Of a DNA stretch of 64,000 nt, positions 50,835 through 61,641 are shown piece after piece. The stretch covers positions 3,404 to 67,403 of the forward strand of contig JAPLDK010000033.1 in the NCBI GenBank assembly GCA_026391775.1, in the 5' to 3' direction. Origin of the DNA: Bacteroidota bacterium. Lineage in GTDB: Bacteria > Bacteroidota > Bacteroidia > Bacteroidales > FEN-979. Position 1 is the first letter of the stretch. The number at the start of each line of letters is the position of its first letter. The translations under genes and the position numbers were made by a program. The notes beneath the pieces were generated by a model. That model was given only the letters and a program-made list of their open reading frames with translations. It was not told where the DNA came from and ran no database searches.

Positions 50835-51122
50835 GTGTTTCTCCAAAAAAGCAAATTGAAAAAATTAGAAAGGTTTAAGAGTTTTTTTACAAAAAAGCAT
50901 TCTGAACCATTGCCTCTTTTAATTATAAAGAAGAATGCCGATGATGCCAATGTGAAAGAATACAATTCCATTGAGGAAGCTATCGAAGACCTGGAAATGG
51001 ATCCTAATGTTTCGGCTGATAAAATAGAAAAACTACGATCTGCTTTTAAAAGTCTGAAGAACAAAAGTGCAATCCGGATCAGGAATGGAGAACTTATAAA
51101 TAGTGAGAAATCAAAGAAATAA
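50835..51122 (+). CDS. Small hypothetical protein (start probably downstream, e.g. TTG 50856)
   Basis: ORF directly behind the predicted promoter; no recognised domain. Confidence 0.5.
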   Translation: MFLQKSKLKKLERFKSFFTKKHSEPLPLLIIKKNADDANVKEYNSIEEAIEDLEMDPNVSADKIEKLRSAFKSLKNKSAIRIRNGELINSEKSKK

Positions 51123-51175
51123 AGAGTCACTGCGAATTAACTGCCAAACATTATAAACTTTTATTTGAAACAAGT

Positions 51176-51454
51176 ATGAAAAGTATAATTACAATATTCG
51201 GAGTGTTATTGATGGCTTCAGGAGTTTTTGCCCAGGCGCCGGAGAAACTGAGTTACCAGTCGGTGATCAGGAACTGATAAATTCGAAACCCTGAGTTATC
51301 GTCTTTATGATTTTACGGGAGGCAATTACTAAACCAAAAAGTCAGCAGTACAGAAACAAGCATACCAATGGGTAGCCTTTCTTCTGCCATTTATTATTTG
51401 AAAGTAATCGATAATTCAACAGAATTAAAAACTTTCAAAATCATTAAAAATTAA
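51176..51454 (+). pseudogene. Joined remnants: signal peptide plus QAPEKLSYQSVIRN start, and a frameshifted T9SS CTD
   Basis: 33-aa ORF 51176-51277, then LSYRLYDFTG / RQLLNQK...AIYYLKV...KTFKIIKN with a frameshift near 51320. Confidence 0.7.
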
Positions 51455-51458
51455 AACC

Positions 51459-54400
51459 ATGAAAAAAATACTTATCCTCATTGCAGTTTTGTTTACAGCC
51501 TGTTTTACCCAGGCACAGGTGAATGGATTTACACTTACCGATCCTTCTTATCCTGCAACACACAATTTAGGTACTTCCTTCCCATTAAATATATCGTTTA
51601 ATTGGACAACTGCTACCAAAAGTGATACTGTAAAAATTCAGTACAATGCTGCTTTAGTAAGTTATGATCCTAGTTGTTCAACGGCTTTACCCGCTTGCAT
51701 GATCATAACGAACAGTGGCCCCCAGCTTACTATCACCATGAGCAATTTATCGGCCTGCACAAACACAGGCGCCATAAGTTTTAATGTGTGTTTTAGATTC
51801 AACTGCCCCGATTCTTGTACAGGTGTAACAAAACCGGCAATTTTTACAGGCGTAAATACAGATAATTTAGGTACAACTCAAAATGCTAACTGCACCGCAA
51901 ATGGTATTTTAAATAACCTTTTTTCACTTACCCATAGTTTTTATTCGTTCAACATAATGACTGCGGAAGTGACTTTTAGGGTATGGTTTAATAATCCGGA
52001 TTGTTTTTATATTAAAAATCCAAGTTTTGACATTGCACTTTCCCCTTCATTAGGTCTGATAACATCGGTTTATGGTGCCAATTATACTTATACACTTTCA
52101 GGAAATGTAATTACACCTAATATAACTGCCTTTAACCAAAATTCGAATGATTATTTCTTTTATGTGGTAAAGCTTGACTCGTGTAATACAGGGCGTGGGC
52201 AAACGCTTACAAGCAATGTAACTTTTAAAGGAACAAACTGCAGTGTAGCAAACAGTATTATAAAAGGGCCTGTGCCTGCAGCCTATACAATACCAGCGGT
52301 GGCTGTTGCCAATTCAGGTATTTCTGTTTCAAATATGACTGCGACATCATCATCTTTTTCTTATACTATTAACAATACAGGCAATACACCGGTAAATTTA
52401 ATAGCTACCAATTTTTTACCACTGGTGCATTTAAAAAGCTTATCTGATCCAACTCCATCCAATACAGTATTACAAAACACGACCCAAGCCGGACTTGGTG
52501 GCAGTATTACATATTATGATTGTACTCTTTCACCCACAGGCCCTTTTCCTTTAACAGGCAACGGAGCTACCAATGGAAGTGCTCCGGCAACCAATACAAC
52601 AAAGTTTAATCATACTGTAAATAATTTATTACCCGGACAATCGGTTAGTCTGTCTCTATATTACGACTTAACTTCATCATGCAATGGAGCCGCAGGAAAT
52701 CCGCCTTATAAAGACAGTTTGGCCATTTCCTTTGATTGTGACGCCGGCCCGGTGGGTGGCTGTGTACCTTGTGACGGGGGTGGAAATGCAAGCGGGGTTG
52801 TTATTTACAATCCGCAACCGGATATAGGTTGTACACAAAATCAATATATTCCGGGTTGCAAAAACGTTGGAGATACCATCGGTTTATGTTATGAATTTAA
52901 AAACTCCGGTGACGCTGCTTTAATTGGTGGGATATTCAACGTGCAATTACCGGTATGGTTACAGGCCGATATTTCCAGCATAGTTTATACCGGCTTTTCT
53001 CCTGATCCTACCATTATACCTTCAACAAATCTCAAATTTAATTTACCAAATATACCTTCCGGCATCAGTACTTATAAAATTTGTTTTAAAGCTGTTGTTC
53101 AAAGTGGTGCAGTTGGCGGATCAAATGGTTATTGGTCTATTGTTTCCGGAGGTAATTTAATTAATCAGCAATTAGTTTGTTATACCTCTCTTAATATTTG
53201 TGCATTTGCAGCAATAGGTATAGATAAAAAAGTAAAAGGGAGTTTGAACGGAAGCTATGCGAATAGCGGCACTGGTAAACCCAATACACCTGTGGATTAT
53301 GAAATTACAATACGTAATACGGGTACCATTGCTGTTGACAGTTTGGTTGTAATTGACAGAATTCCGGCAACAGGGAACCTGACTATTTTAGGCAGCCCGG
53401 GCTCAATAGCTGTAAGCGACCAGTTTAATATGCAGATGCTTACTGCACCCATAAACAGTAATTATACTGCTTCATATACCGCTACTCAAAATATATGTAC
53501 AACTTGGCCAGGTACCGGCACTCCCTGCAATGCCGGCGTATGGGGTGCATCAGTTGCAGATGGAGGAGTTAAATTTGATTTTAATCCAACTTACACTTTA
53601 GCACCCGGGGGCACTTATACGTTTACATTCAGAACACAAATACCGGCCGGAACTGCCGATGGATTGATTGATTGTAACACAGCCGGGTTTATTGCAAAAT
53701 CAACCACAGGCGGATATACAATTAACCCGGTAGAAACAAATCCGGTTTGTATCCAGGTGGTTAATGATACTTGTAACCATTTATGTAATTCTGATTTCGA
53801 GGATAAGCAACTCGTGGCCCCCGGCAGCCAGGGCATTTTTAACGAAGACTCCGTCTCATGCTGGAAAACCACAGCTACTGACCATATGATTGAAGTCTGG
53901 GGTAACGGTTTCAATGGCGTACCTTCTTATTCGGGTAATCAGTTCATTGAATTAAATGCCAATATGGTGGGAACACTTTATCAAACATTTACAGCCACCC
54001 CCGGAACTACTGTTACTATTTCTTTTGCTCACCGGGGGCGTGTAGGGTATACAAACCAGATGAGTGTAGCAATAGAACCAGCTCCTATTGGCAGTGGGGC
54101 AGCTATCGTTTTAGAAACAGACACTGCCAGTATTTCCGCCTGGACAATGCACACTGTAACCTATACATTTCCCGGTTCCGGTTCTTCCTATGTGCTGAGT
54201 TTTATTTCTCTCCCTGTGGGGGGTACTTCAGCAGGCGGGAATTTCCTGGATGCGATTTCTGTTGATTGTCATACAGATATCTGCAGCAAAACAGATGCAA
54301 GAATAACCAGACTGCCCCAGGGTGAATGTTGTTTTCAGGTTGATATCTCCAACACATACCGGCCGGATTATTTTACCGGAATTTCTATTACTTCCGATAA

Positions 54401-56015
54401 TTTGACCCTGGCTAACGTTTCATCCGATAATCCCTGGAGTACTATCACTTATCAATCTCCTACCCAGGTGGTTTTTACGAAAAATCCTCCTTATAACGGC
54501 ATTCCTTTGGATACAGCTGGATTTCAGACTCTGGGTGTTATTTGTTTTGCGGGTAGCGGCGTTAACCACATTAATGTTGATTTCATTGGCAATCCTCCCA
54601 AGTATGACACGGTTTGCAGGAAAACACTGACTCTTGAAGGTTGCAGTATTCCGGTCGACACCAACTGTGTTGCCGTTCTTGATCTGAAAGCCGAATGTGA
54701 TACAGGCGCTGTTAAAATGAAGTTCAGAATAAGAAACAATTCCAGTTTTACAGTCCGGGGATTAACGCTGTATTCTCAAACCCCCGATGTAAGCCCTTCT
54801 CCCAAATTTATAGGGATCCCGGATCTGTTACCAGGTCAAACCTCTGCCTATATTGAAACCGCACTGATGGTTTCCAATAATGCAACCAATGCATGCTTTT
54901 TCTTTGCAGCATGCGATCAGTATACAAAACCGGGGCCCACAGGTCCATTTCCAAGCTGGTGTTGCATGGACAGTATACGCTATTGTGTCGATATTCCACA
55001 CTGCGATCCATGTGATGGTATAACGTTTACAGCAACAAAGAATGATCCCGTCAAATGTTGTTATAATCTTACACTTAAAAGTAATTACTACAACGCCAAC
55101 ATAGAATACCTTGAGTTTACCGGACTTGGAGGCACCCAGTTTGCGATCTTCACCGGATGGAATATAATCCCTCCAGTGAGCAGCAGCCATATTAAGATCA
55201 AAGCGCCGGGAGGAGGTATCCCACCGGGGACATACCCTGATTTTGCTTCCTTCTGCCTTACCGGCACTTCAACTTCACCTCATATGATATTGATCAACAG
55301 TATCGATGCAAAGGGAGTTCACTTATGCACCGATACGCTGAAGTTTGATTCCTGTCAAATGGTTACCCCGACCTGCGCCAATATTATCAATGATTCGCTT
55401 TACTGTTCAGGGGGGAAGATCAAATATACATTTTACGTGAAAAACAATGCACCTTTTACGCTGTACCAGATTGACTACAGGACAACCGATATAAGTGTGG
55501 TCCTGGATTCAAATTACACTCAGCCTCACCCTCCGATTGCCCCTGGAGTCACCGGAGGGCCCTTTACGGTTACCATTGTTTCGGCAGGTAAAACCCTTGA
55601 CAGATTTTGCATGTATCTCACAGGCCATAATGGAATTTACGATTCCATAACAGGTCAGGCCGCAACTGAGTGCTGCACCGACTCTCTGGGGGGAATCTGC
55701 CTGCCTATGATCAAATGCGGAGGTACTGATTCTACCTGCTGCGCTTTTGAGAATATGACGATTCCCAACGGGATTACTCCTAACGAAGATGGAAAAAATG
55801 ATGCATTTATAATTCTGAATTCAACATGTTGCAGTTATATCTCCATAAAAGTATTTAACCGATGGGGCAATATGGAATATCAAAACGATGATTACAAAAA
55901 CGACTGGAAGGGAGTAAATAATGGCGGCCAGAAGTTAGTGCAGGGAACCTATTTCGTTCTGCTTGAGCTTCCGAACGGTAATAAAAAAGGTATCTATGTT
56001 GATATCCGATATTAA
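51459..56015 (+). CDS. Large Cys-rich surface protein with DUF11-like and carbohydrate-binding-like domains and T9SS type B (gliding motility-associated) CTD
   Basis: YEITIRNTG...DRIP; NSDFE...IEVW...FIELNAN...GNFLD; IPNGITPNEDGKND...FNRWG...GTYF. Confidence 0.88.
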   Translation: MKKILILIAVLFTACFTQAQVNGFTLTDPSYPATHNLGTSFPLNISFNWTTATKSDTVKIQYNAALVSYDPSCSTALPACMIITNSGPQLTITMSNLSACTNTGAISFNVCFRFNCPDSCTGVTKPAIFTGVNTDNLGTTQNANCTANGILNNLFSLTHSFYSFNIMTAEVTFRVWFNNPDCFYIKNPSFDIALSPSLGLITSVYGANYTYTLSGNVITPNITAFNQNSNDYFFYVVKLDSCNTGRGQTLTSNVTFKGTNCSVANSIIKGPVPAAYTIPAVAVANSGISVSNMTATSSSFSYTINNTGNTPVNLIATNFLPLVHLKSLSDPTPSNTVLQNTTQAGLGGSITYYDCTLSPTGPFPLTGNGATNGSAPATNTTKFNHTVNNLLPGQSVSLSLYYDLTSSCNGAAGNPPYKDSLAISFDCDAGPVGGCVPCDGGGNASGVVIYNPQPDIGCTQNQYIPGCKNVGDTIGLCYEFKNSGDAALIGGIFNVQLPVWLQADISSIVYTGFSPDPTIIPSTNLKFNLPNIPSGISTYKICFKAVVQSGAVGGSNGYWSIVSGGNLINQQLVCYTSLNICAFAAIGIDKKVKGSLNGSYANSGTGKPNTPVDYEITIRNTGTIAVDSLVVIDRIPATGNLTILGSPGSIAVSDQFNMQMLTAPINSNYTASYTATQNICTTWPGTGTPCNAGVWGASVADGGVKFDFNPTYTLAPGGTYTFTFRTQIPAGTADGLIDCNTAGFIAKSTTGGYTINPVETNPVCIQVVNDTCNHLCNSDFEDKQLVAPGSQGIFNEDSVSCWKTTATDHMIEVWGNGFNGVPSYSGNQFIELNANMVGTLYQTFTATPGTTVTISFAHRGRVGYTNQMSVAIEPAPIGSGAAIVLETDTASISAWTMHTVTYTFPGSGSSYVLSFISLPVGGTSAGGNFLDAISVDCHTDICSKTDARITRLPQGECCFQVDISNTYRPDYFTGISITSDNLTLANVSSDNPWSTITYQSPTQVVFTKNPPYNGIPLDTAGFQTLGVICFAGSGVNHINVDFIGNPPKYDTVCRKTLTLEGCSIPVDTNCVAVLDLKAECDTGAVKMKFRIRNNSSFTVRGLTLYSQTPDVSPSPKFIGIPDLLPGQTSAYIETALMVSNNATNACFFFAACDQYTKPGPTGPFPSWCCMDSIRYCVDIPHCDPCDGITFTATKNDPVKCCYNLTLKSNYYNANIEYLEFTGLGGTQFAIFTGWNIIPPVSSSHIKIKAPGGGIPPGTYPDFASFCLTGTSTSPHMILINSIDAKGVHLCTDTLKFDSCQMVTPTCANIINDSLYCSGGKIKYTFYVKNNAPFTLYQIDYRTTDISVVLDSNYTQPHPPIAPGVTGGPFTVTIVSAGKTLDRFCMYLTGHNGIYDSITGQAATECCTDSLGGICLPMIKCGGTDSTCCAFENMTIPNGITPNEDGKNDAFIILNSTCCSYISIKVFNRWGNMEYQNDDYKNDWKGVNNGGQKLVQGTYFVLLELPNGNKKGIYVDIRY

Positions 56016-56033
56016 ATAATTAAATTCTGAAAA

Positions 56034-56939
56034 ATGAAAAAGTTTATCATACTGGCAATAATGTGTTCTTCACTGTTTGCGAAAGCCCAGCAGGAACCTC
56101 AGTATACACTGAACCAGTTTAACAGTAACCTGGAGATTAACCCGGCATATGCAGGTGCAAATGACGATGCAAGTCTCAGTCTCAGGTACCGCAAACAATG
56201 GGTAGGTTTTACCGGCTCCCCATCTACCCTCTGTTTTAATGGCGAAAGTAAAATCATTAAACAGCGGCTTGCATTAGGTCTTACCATTGTTGGTGACTGG
56301 ATTGGAATAACACAAAGTACGTATGCCGATCTTAGCGTAGCATCACACCTGCGCCTGGGCGCAAAGGGGACCCTCTCCGTCGGGATTAAGCTTGGCGTGC
56401 AGTTCCTGAAGTCTGATTTTTCGAAGTTGTCGAATGTCGACCTCACCGACCCTCTCTATAATACCAATGCAAGTGTATTCATACCCTATGCAGGGTTCGG
56501 GGCGCTTTTCTATACACGGAAATTATATATCGGGTTTGCTGTTCCACAGGTAGTGTCGTTTGAAAATGTAGCTCCCCAATCCAAGATCATCAAACCTCAC
56601 TTTTTTCTGTATGGGGGTTACAGGGTTATTCTTAACAGCGATTTTGAACTCCGGCCTGCCCTTTTGTGCAAATATGTGACTGCGGCGCCTTTTGAAGCCG
56701 ATATTGCCATTGATGCATGGTTCAAAGGTATGGTTGGTGTGGGGGTTTCGTACCGCACTTCTGATGCAGTAAATTTTATGATCAAAGGAAGACTCGGAAA
56801 TTTTTATCTCGGTTATTCTTACGATATGACAGTCTCCGGCCTGAGACCATACAATTCAGGTACACATGAGATCTATCTTGGATTTGAATTCGGTAAAAAA
56901 GGCAATCCCGACAGGAAACAGAATAACCGGTATTTTTAA
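56034..56939 (+). CDS. PorP/SprF family T9SS membrane protein
   Basis: QQEPQYT, INPAYAG, YRKQWVG, GYSYD, GTHEI. Confidence 0.92.
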   Translation: MKKFIILAIMCSSLFAKAQQEPQYTLNQFNSNLEINPAYAGANDDASLSLRYRKQWVGFTGSPSTLCFNGESKIIKQRLALGLTIVGDWIGITQSTYADLSVASHLRLGAKGTLSVGIKLGVQFLKSDFSKLSNVDLTDPLYNTNASVFIPYAGFGALFYTRKLYIGFAVPQVVSFENVAPQSKIIKPHFFLYGGYRVILNSDFELRPALLCKYVTAAPFEADIAIDAWFKGMVGVGVSYRTSDAVNFMIKGRLGNFYLGYSYDMTVSGLRPYNSGTHEIYLGFEFGKKGNPDRKQNNRYF

Positions 56940-56950
56940 TAATCACAGTG

Positions 56951-59122
56951 ATGAAAAAATTGATAATAATACTGTTCTGCTTGTGTAACATTACTTTGTT
57001 TGCACAGAAATCACAGGCAGATAAGAAGTTCAAATTATATGAGTACAGCGATGCAATCCTGTTGTACAAAGAATACCTGGAAAAATCTCCCGCAGATTAT
57101 GAAGCAACCAGGAACCTTGCTTTATCATACAAGTACACCAATAATATTACAGGTTCAATAGAAACCTACCAATCCTTAGTAAAATTAAAACAAGCAGTTC
57201 CTGATGACTGGTACGAACTGGTCCAGCTTTTAAGGATAAACGGAAATTTGGCAGACGCAAAGCTGTATGCTTTACAATATCAACAGAAAAACACAGGGGA
57301 AAAGGCTCAAACCCTGCTCAAATCAATTGATATGTATGACGAGCTGATGTCGGGAAAGGACAACTATAATGTTATTAATAAAACTGAACAATACCACCAG
57401 TCTGTTTTTTCTCCTGTTTATTACCAGGGAGGGCTTATGTTAACAGCTGAAAATCCGGAAGGTTCCAAAAACGAATGGACAGGCAGGGGTTATACAAAGT
57501 TATTCCTTACAGATTTCAATTGCAGTAAACTGGTTCCCGTTGCGTCTGAACTCATGTCTAAATATAATGATGGCCCTGCAGCTCTGTCAAGCGATGGAAT
57601 GACAATGTACTTTACAACCATTAATAAAAAATCAATACAGGAACAGGATGTAAATACCAGTAAACTGCAAATCTCGGCAGCTGTACTCAAAGATAACAGA
57701 TGGCAACCGGCAGAATTGTTCAGATTCAATAACAACAGTTATAATGTCGCCCACCCAACATTAAGAAGTGACGGGAATATGTTGGTATTTACCTCCGACA
57801 AACCCGGAGGGCATGGAGGAATGGATTTGTATTACTGTTCAAAGCAACCCGACAACACATGGTCTGAACCAATCAATATTACCATATTAAACACATCCGG
57901 GAATGAAATTTTTCCTTCCTTCGATGCCTCCGGAAATCTGTATTATTCATCCAATGGCTTGCCTGGCTTAGGTGGACTGGATCTGTTTATTTCGAAAAAC
58001 GAAGGCAGCAGCTTTACAGCCCCCGCAAATCTGAAAGCCCCTATCAATTCCAGTTATGATGATTTTTCATTAGCGACAAACAATAATCTGGAAAGTGGTT
58101 TTATATCTACAAACAGGTTTGGCTCTCCCGAAATAGATGATATAGCATACTTTTCAAAAAAAGCAAAGGAGGTTCTGAAACCTGCCGTTAAACCTATTGT
58201 AAAAATAACCGTGTTGGATAAATATACCGCCACCCCATTGCCCTATGTCTCAGTTACTGTTAAGGACGACAAAAAGAATATCGTTTTCCAGGGGATGACC
58301 GATCCAAATGGCATATTGATGGTAGAAGAACTGCCGGCCGATAATTACAGGGTCCAGGGCATACTGAATGAGGTAACAACTACTATTGCATCTATAGGGA
58401 AAGAAGAATTTACCAAAGAGTTAATAGAAAAGACCATCACACACAATGATCCGAGATTTACCTTATCGGGGATTGCCACAAACGCCAGCAACGACCAGCC
58501 TGTTGCAGGGGTAACGGTAACATGTGAAAATACGGTCCTGAATAAAACCAATAGCAGGATAACAACTGCCGATGGAAAATTCTTCTTTCAGTTGGAACAG
58601 GCTAGTGATTTTAAAGTACATGGTGAACTGCAGGGATGGTTGAGCAGTGAAGCGTTCTATGCAACAACTAAAGGACTGGACCGGAGCAAGGACCTATATG
58701 TAAAGATAAAACTTAGCATGCAGCAACCTGCTGCAAACGAGGTCATCAGGTTAGATAAAATCTACTATGATTATGATAAATGTGATATTAAACCCAGAGC
58801 GGCGGAGGAATTGGACAGGCTTGTCAAGCTTATGAATGATTTTCCAGATATGAAAATAGAATTATCCTCCCATACCGACAGCAGGGGTAGCAATGCATAT
58901 AATCAGAAGCTTTCCCAATGCAGGGCTGATGCAGCTGTAAAATACATTCTGGGAAAAGGAATATTAAAAAGCCGGATTACTGCAGTTGGTTATGGTGAAT
59001 CCAGGCTTGTAAATGGCTGTTCCGATGGTGTGAATTGCACTGAAAAACAACATCAGGAAAACAGGAGAACGGAATTCAAAATTGTCTCTTGTCCTTCATG
59101 CCCTGCGATTGAGAAACAGTAA
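56951..59122 (+). CDS. OmpA family protein with TPR, PD40 and carboxypeptidase-like domains (PorE-like)
   Basis: FTSD.PGG.GG.DLY, IYYDYDK, SHTDSRG, LSQ.RA, GYGE, NRRTEF. Confidence 0.92.
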   Translation: MKKLIIILFCLCNITLFAQKSQADKKFKLYEYSDAILLYKEYLEKSPADYEATRNLALSYKYTNNITGSIETYQSLVKLKQAVPDDWYELVQLLRINGNLADAKLYALQYQQKNTGEKAQTLLKSIDMYDELMSGKDNYNVINKTEQYHQSVFSPVYYQGGLMLTAENPEGSKNEWTGRGYTKLFLTDFNCSKLVPVASELMSKYNDGPAALSSDGMTMYFTTINKKSIQEQDVNTSKLQISAAVLKDNRWQPAELFRFNNNSYNVAHPTLRSDGNMLVFTSDKPGGHGGMDLYYCSKQPDNTWSEPINITILNTSGNEIFPSFDASGNLYYSSNGLPGLGGLDLFISKNEGSSFTAPANLKAPINSSYDDFSLATNNNLESGFISTNRFGSPEIDDIAYFSKKAKEVLKPAVKPIVKITVLDKYTATPLPYVSVTVKDDKKNIVFQGMTDPNGILMVEELPADNYRVQGILNEVTTTIASIGKEEFTKELIEKTITHNDPRFTLSGIATNASNDQPVAGVTVTCENTVLNKTNSRITTADGKFFFQLEQASDFKVHGELQGWLSSEAFYATTKGLDRSKDLYVKIKLSMQQPAANEVIRLDKIYYDYDKCDIKPRAAEELDRLVKLMNDFPDMKIELSSHTDSRGSNAYNQKLSQCRADAAVKYILGKGILKSRITAVGYGESRLVNGCSDGVNCTEKQHQENRRTEFKIVSCPSCPAIEKQ

Positions 59123-59157
59123 ACATTGTCACTATAGAAGCTTGGACATAACCAGCT

Positions 59158-59691
59158 TCATGCTCCTTTATCACCAACGAATTGGTCCTCCTTGTTCTTA
59201 AAAAGAACGTTGAAGGTTGTAAGGCTGCCGTAAATTCTTGTAATGTACTGCTGAAGCTCCACTTTCTCCTCATCGGTTAATACGCTGGCATTGATCTTCT
59301 GTTCCAGTACCCTGATGCGGTCGCGAACCATTACAATCTTATGGAAAAACACCTCTATAGGAACTTCCTTCTCTTTAAGGATCCTGTCGCCGGGAACCAT
59401 TACAAGTTTACCTCCTGTCCACTTCCCGCCTAAAGGGACAGTTTCCTGCACATCGCTGAACTGCCGCAGCACCCGGATAAGGCTTTTCTCAAGTTTTTCG
59501 TATGTGGCAAGATCTGAAGCCGTTTCAACGGCTTCAATAATTTCAAGCCCTTCAAAACTACGGTTGATCAGGCGGATACCTATATCAATGAATGAAATTT
59601 CATATGCATCAGATCGGATCTGGATGATCACACCTTTCCCGAATTGGGGGTGTTTTACTCTTGAGCCAACGCCCGGTATAATTTCTGACAT
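59158..59691 (-). CDS. Conserved hypothetical protein
   Basis: GSRVKHPQFGKG N-terminus; FFHKIVMVRDRIRVLEQ...YGSLTTFN C-terminus. Confidence 0.75.
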   Translation of the reverse strand: MSEIIPGVGSRVKHPQFGKGVIIQIRSDAYEISFIDIGIRLINRSFEGLEIIEAVETASDLATYEKLEKSLIRVLRQFSDVQETVPLGGKWTGGKLVMVPGDRILKEKEVPIEVFFHKIVMVRDRIRVLEQKINASVLTDEEKVELQQYITRIYGSLTTFNVLFKNKEDQFVGDKGA

Positions 59692-59784
59692 GATGGATGA
59701 TTTTAAGAAAACCCTGAATAGTATTACCTATAAAAGTACAGTAAAAATAACACTTCTGAAGCCCGGAAAGTGGAAATGCAAATC

Positions 59785-60768
59785 CTATTTCGAAGAAGGT
59801 GTCCAGAGAGTCATTTGATGCTTCACAGTTGCCTGGGTTTTCAGGTACGCAAATATCGCTTCCAGATCTGTGGTATCCAACCCCGCATACATGGTCCATG
59901 GCATGACCGTCACCATATCTGCATTTTCCAAAACGGGTGGGCTGAAGGTCGAAAGATTAAAGGCCTTAAATCGTGCTACGAAACGTTGTTTTGTCCAGGT
60001 ACCTATGCCGGTTTCTTTGTCGGGAGTAATATTCGAAGCCAGAATTGTCCCCGTTGGCATTTTAAACTCCCTGCCCCCTGCAAACACCATTTTTTCATCC
60101 AATTTATTCTTTACAAAAGGAGTATGACAATCCTTACAAGCTGCAATGGAAACAAGGTATTTACCATAACTGGCAGTGTCACTTTTTGGCGGGATTACTA
60201 TCGGCTCTGCAGGTCCCGGGAATGTATGCATGATAATATTCACCGGGAAATCCGCTTTTGAAGCAGAAGGTTGGGAAGCAATCGACGGCAGGGTACGGAT
60301 ATACGCAATTATTGCGTAAGCATCTTCGGTGCTCAGATTCCGGTAGTATTGATAAGGCATGATTGGAAATAAGGGTTTGTTCCCTTTGCCAACACCATTT
60401 ACAATTGCACGGAAAATTTCACCATCTGACCAGTCGGAAAGTTTAAAAGGAGTGATGTTTGTTGAATAGAAATCACCGGGAAGGCCCATTTCATGACTAA
60501 ACTTTTCACCGCCTTTTCCTTCGGTCCCGGTTATCAAGGGGCCCGAAAATCTGGACCAGTCGCGCGTGGAATGACAATCCACACAAACAGTCACGTGATT
60601 TGCAAGGTATTTTCCGCGTTCGATTCGTTCAAGAGTTAATTCCACCTTCAGAACAGGTATGGGTACCCTGGGAAGAATGAAATATATATAACCGATCCAC
60701 AATAGCAGGATCAGTATTAACGCCAGAAAGGCAAAGCCTGTAATTTGGATTATCTTATGCATTTTCAT
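59785..60768 (-). CDS. Membrane-anchored diheme cytochrome c
   Basis: RGKYL..CVDCH, YGKYL..CKDCH, two NITP motifs, MP(Y/W) axial Met; start MKMHKII at 60768. Confidence 0.9.
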   Translation of the reverse strand: MKMHKIIQITGFAFLALILILLLWIGYIYFILPRVPIPVLKVELTLERIERGKYLANHVTVCVDCHSTRDWSRFSGPLITGTEGKGGEKFSHEMGLPGDFYSTNITPFKLSDWSDGEIFRAIVNGVGKGNKPLFPIMPYQYYRNLSTEDAYAIIAYIRTLPSIASQPSASKADFPVNIIMHTFPGPAEPIVIPPKSDTASYGKYLVSIAACKDCHTPFVKNKLDEKMVFAGGREFKMPTGTILASNITPDKETGIGTWTKQRFVARFKAFNLSTFSPPVLENADMVTVMPWTMYAGLDTTDLEAIFAYLKTQATVKHQMTLWTPSSK

Positions 60769-60994
60769 GGTCTGATCTGTTTTAGATTTGATTTGTTGAT
60801 GTTTATTAAGGCTGCGATAATAATGGGAAAGGCCCTGGACATGTTTTTCCCGCAAAAATATCATAAAAATGCATAGTAGTTCCGGGCGCCCTAATTTTCG
60901 ATAAGCCCGTTCGGTAAAGCTTGCAATGAACCGGCTGATTTTGCTTAGCTTTGAAAACTGATTGGTTTCATTTTTTTAAAATTTTCCTGGCAAT

Positions 60995-61618
60995 ATGGAG
61001 CATGTAACAGAGTTTCTCAAAGTTTTGCTTAATTCTGAAAACCTGATCCACTATGGCGGGCTGTTACTGCTGCTGCTAATCATTTTCGTTGAGACGGGCT
61101 TGTTTTTCGGGTTTATCTTCCCGGGCGATGCCCTTCTGGTTACTGCAGGGATATTCTGCGGTTCGACGGATCTCTCCGTCAATATATACCTGCTGGTGAT
61201 TACCGTTGCCCTGGCTGCCATTGCCGGGAACGCTACTGGTTTTGCGACCGGGAAATATTTCGGAAAACGGCTTTTCCAGAAGAACGATAGCTTTTTTTTC
61301 AAACAACGGCACCTGGAGAAGGCGAAGTCCTACTACGACAAACATGGAGGACTTGCGCTTATTGGCGGGCGCTTCATCCCGGTTGTCCGTACTTTTGTGC
61401 CGATACTTGCCGGGGCGATCGAGATGAACTTCTGGCGGTTTAACCTTCTGAATGTGGCCGGGGCCCTCCTCTGGTCGGGAACCCTTATTCCTCTGGGTTA
61501 TCTGCTTGGCCGGCAGATCCCCAATTCCGTCGATTACATCGAATATATTGTCCTCGGGATTACTGTCATCACCATGACCATCCTGATCCATGGCACTATC
61601 CGGCTCAGGAAAAAGTGA
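60995..61618 (+). CDS. DedA family membrane protein
   Basis: IFVETG, FPGDALL, GRFIPVVRTFVP..AG. Confidence 0.93.
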   Translation: MEHVTEFLKVLLNSENLIHYGGLLLLLLIIFVETGLFFGFIFPGDALLVTAGIFCGSTDLSVNIYLLVITVALAAIAGNATGFATGKYFGKRLFQKNDSFFFKQRHLEKAKSYYDKHGGLALIGGRFIPVVRTFVPILAGAIEMNFWRFNLLNVAGALLWSGTLIPLGYLLGRQIPNSVDYIEYIVLGITVITMTILIHGTIRLRKK

Positions 61619-61641
61619 AAATCCTTTTATTAAAATGATTG

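Noticed and set aside
44521-51454. Integron-like cassette array or CRISPR-like repeat array
   Set aside because: The repeats are short direct boxes tied to promoters; there are no attC-like palindromes, constant repeat-spacer units, integrase or cas genes
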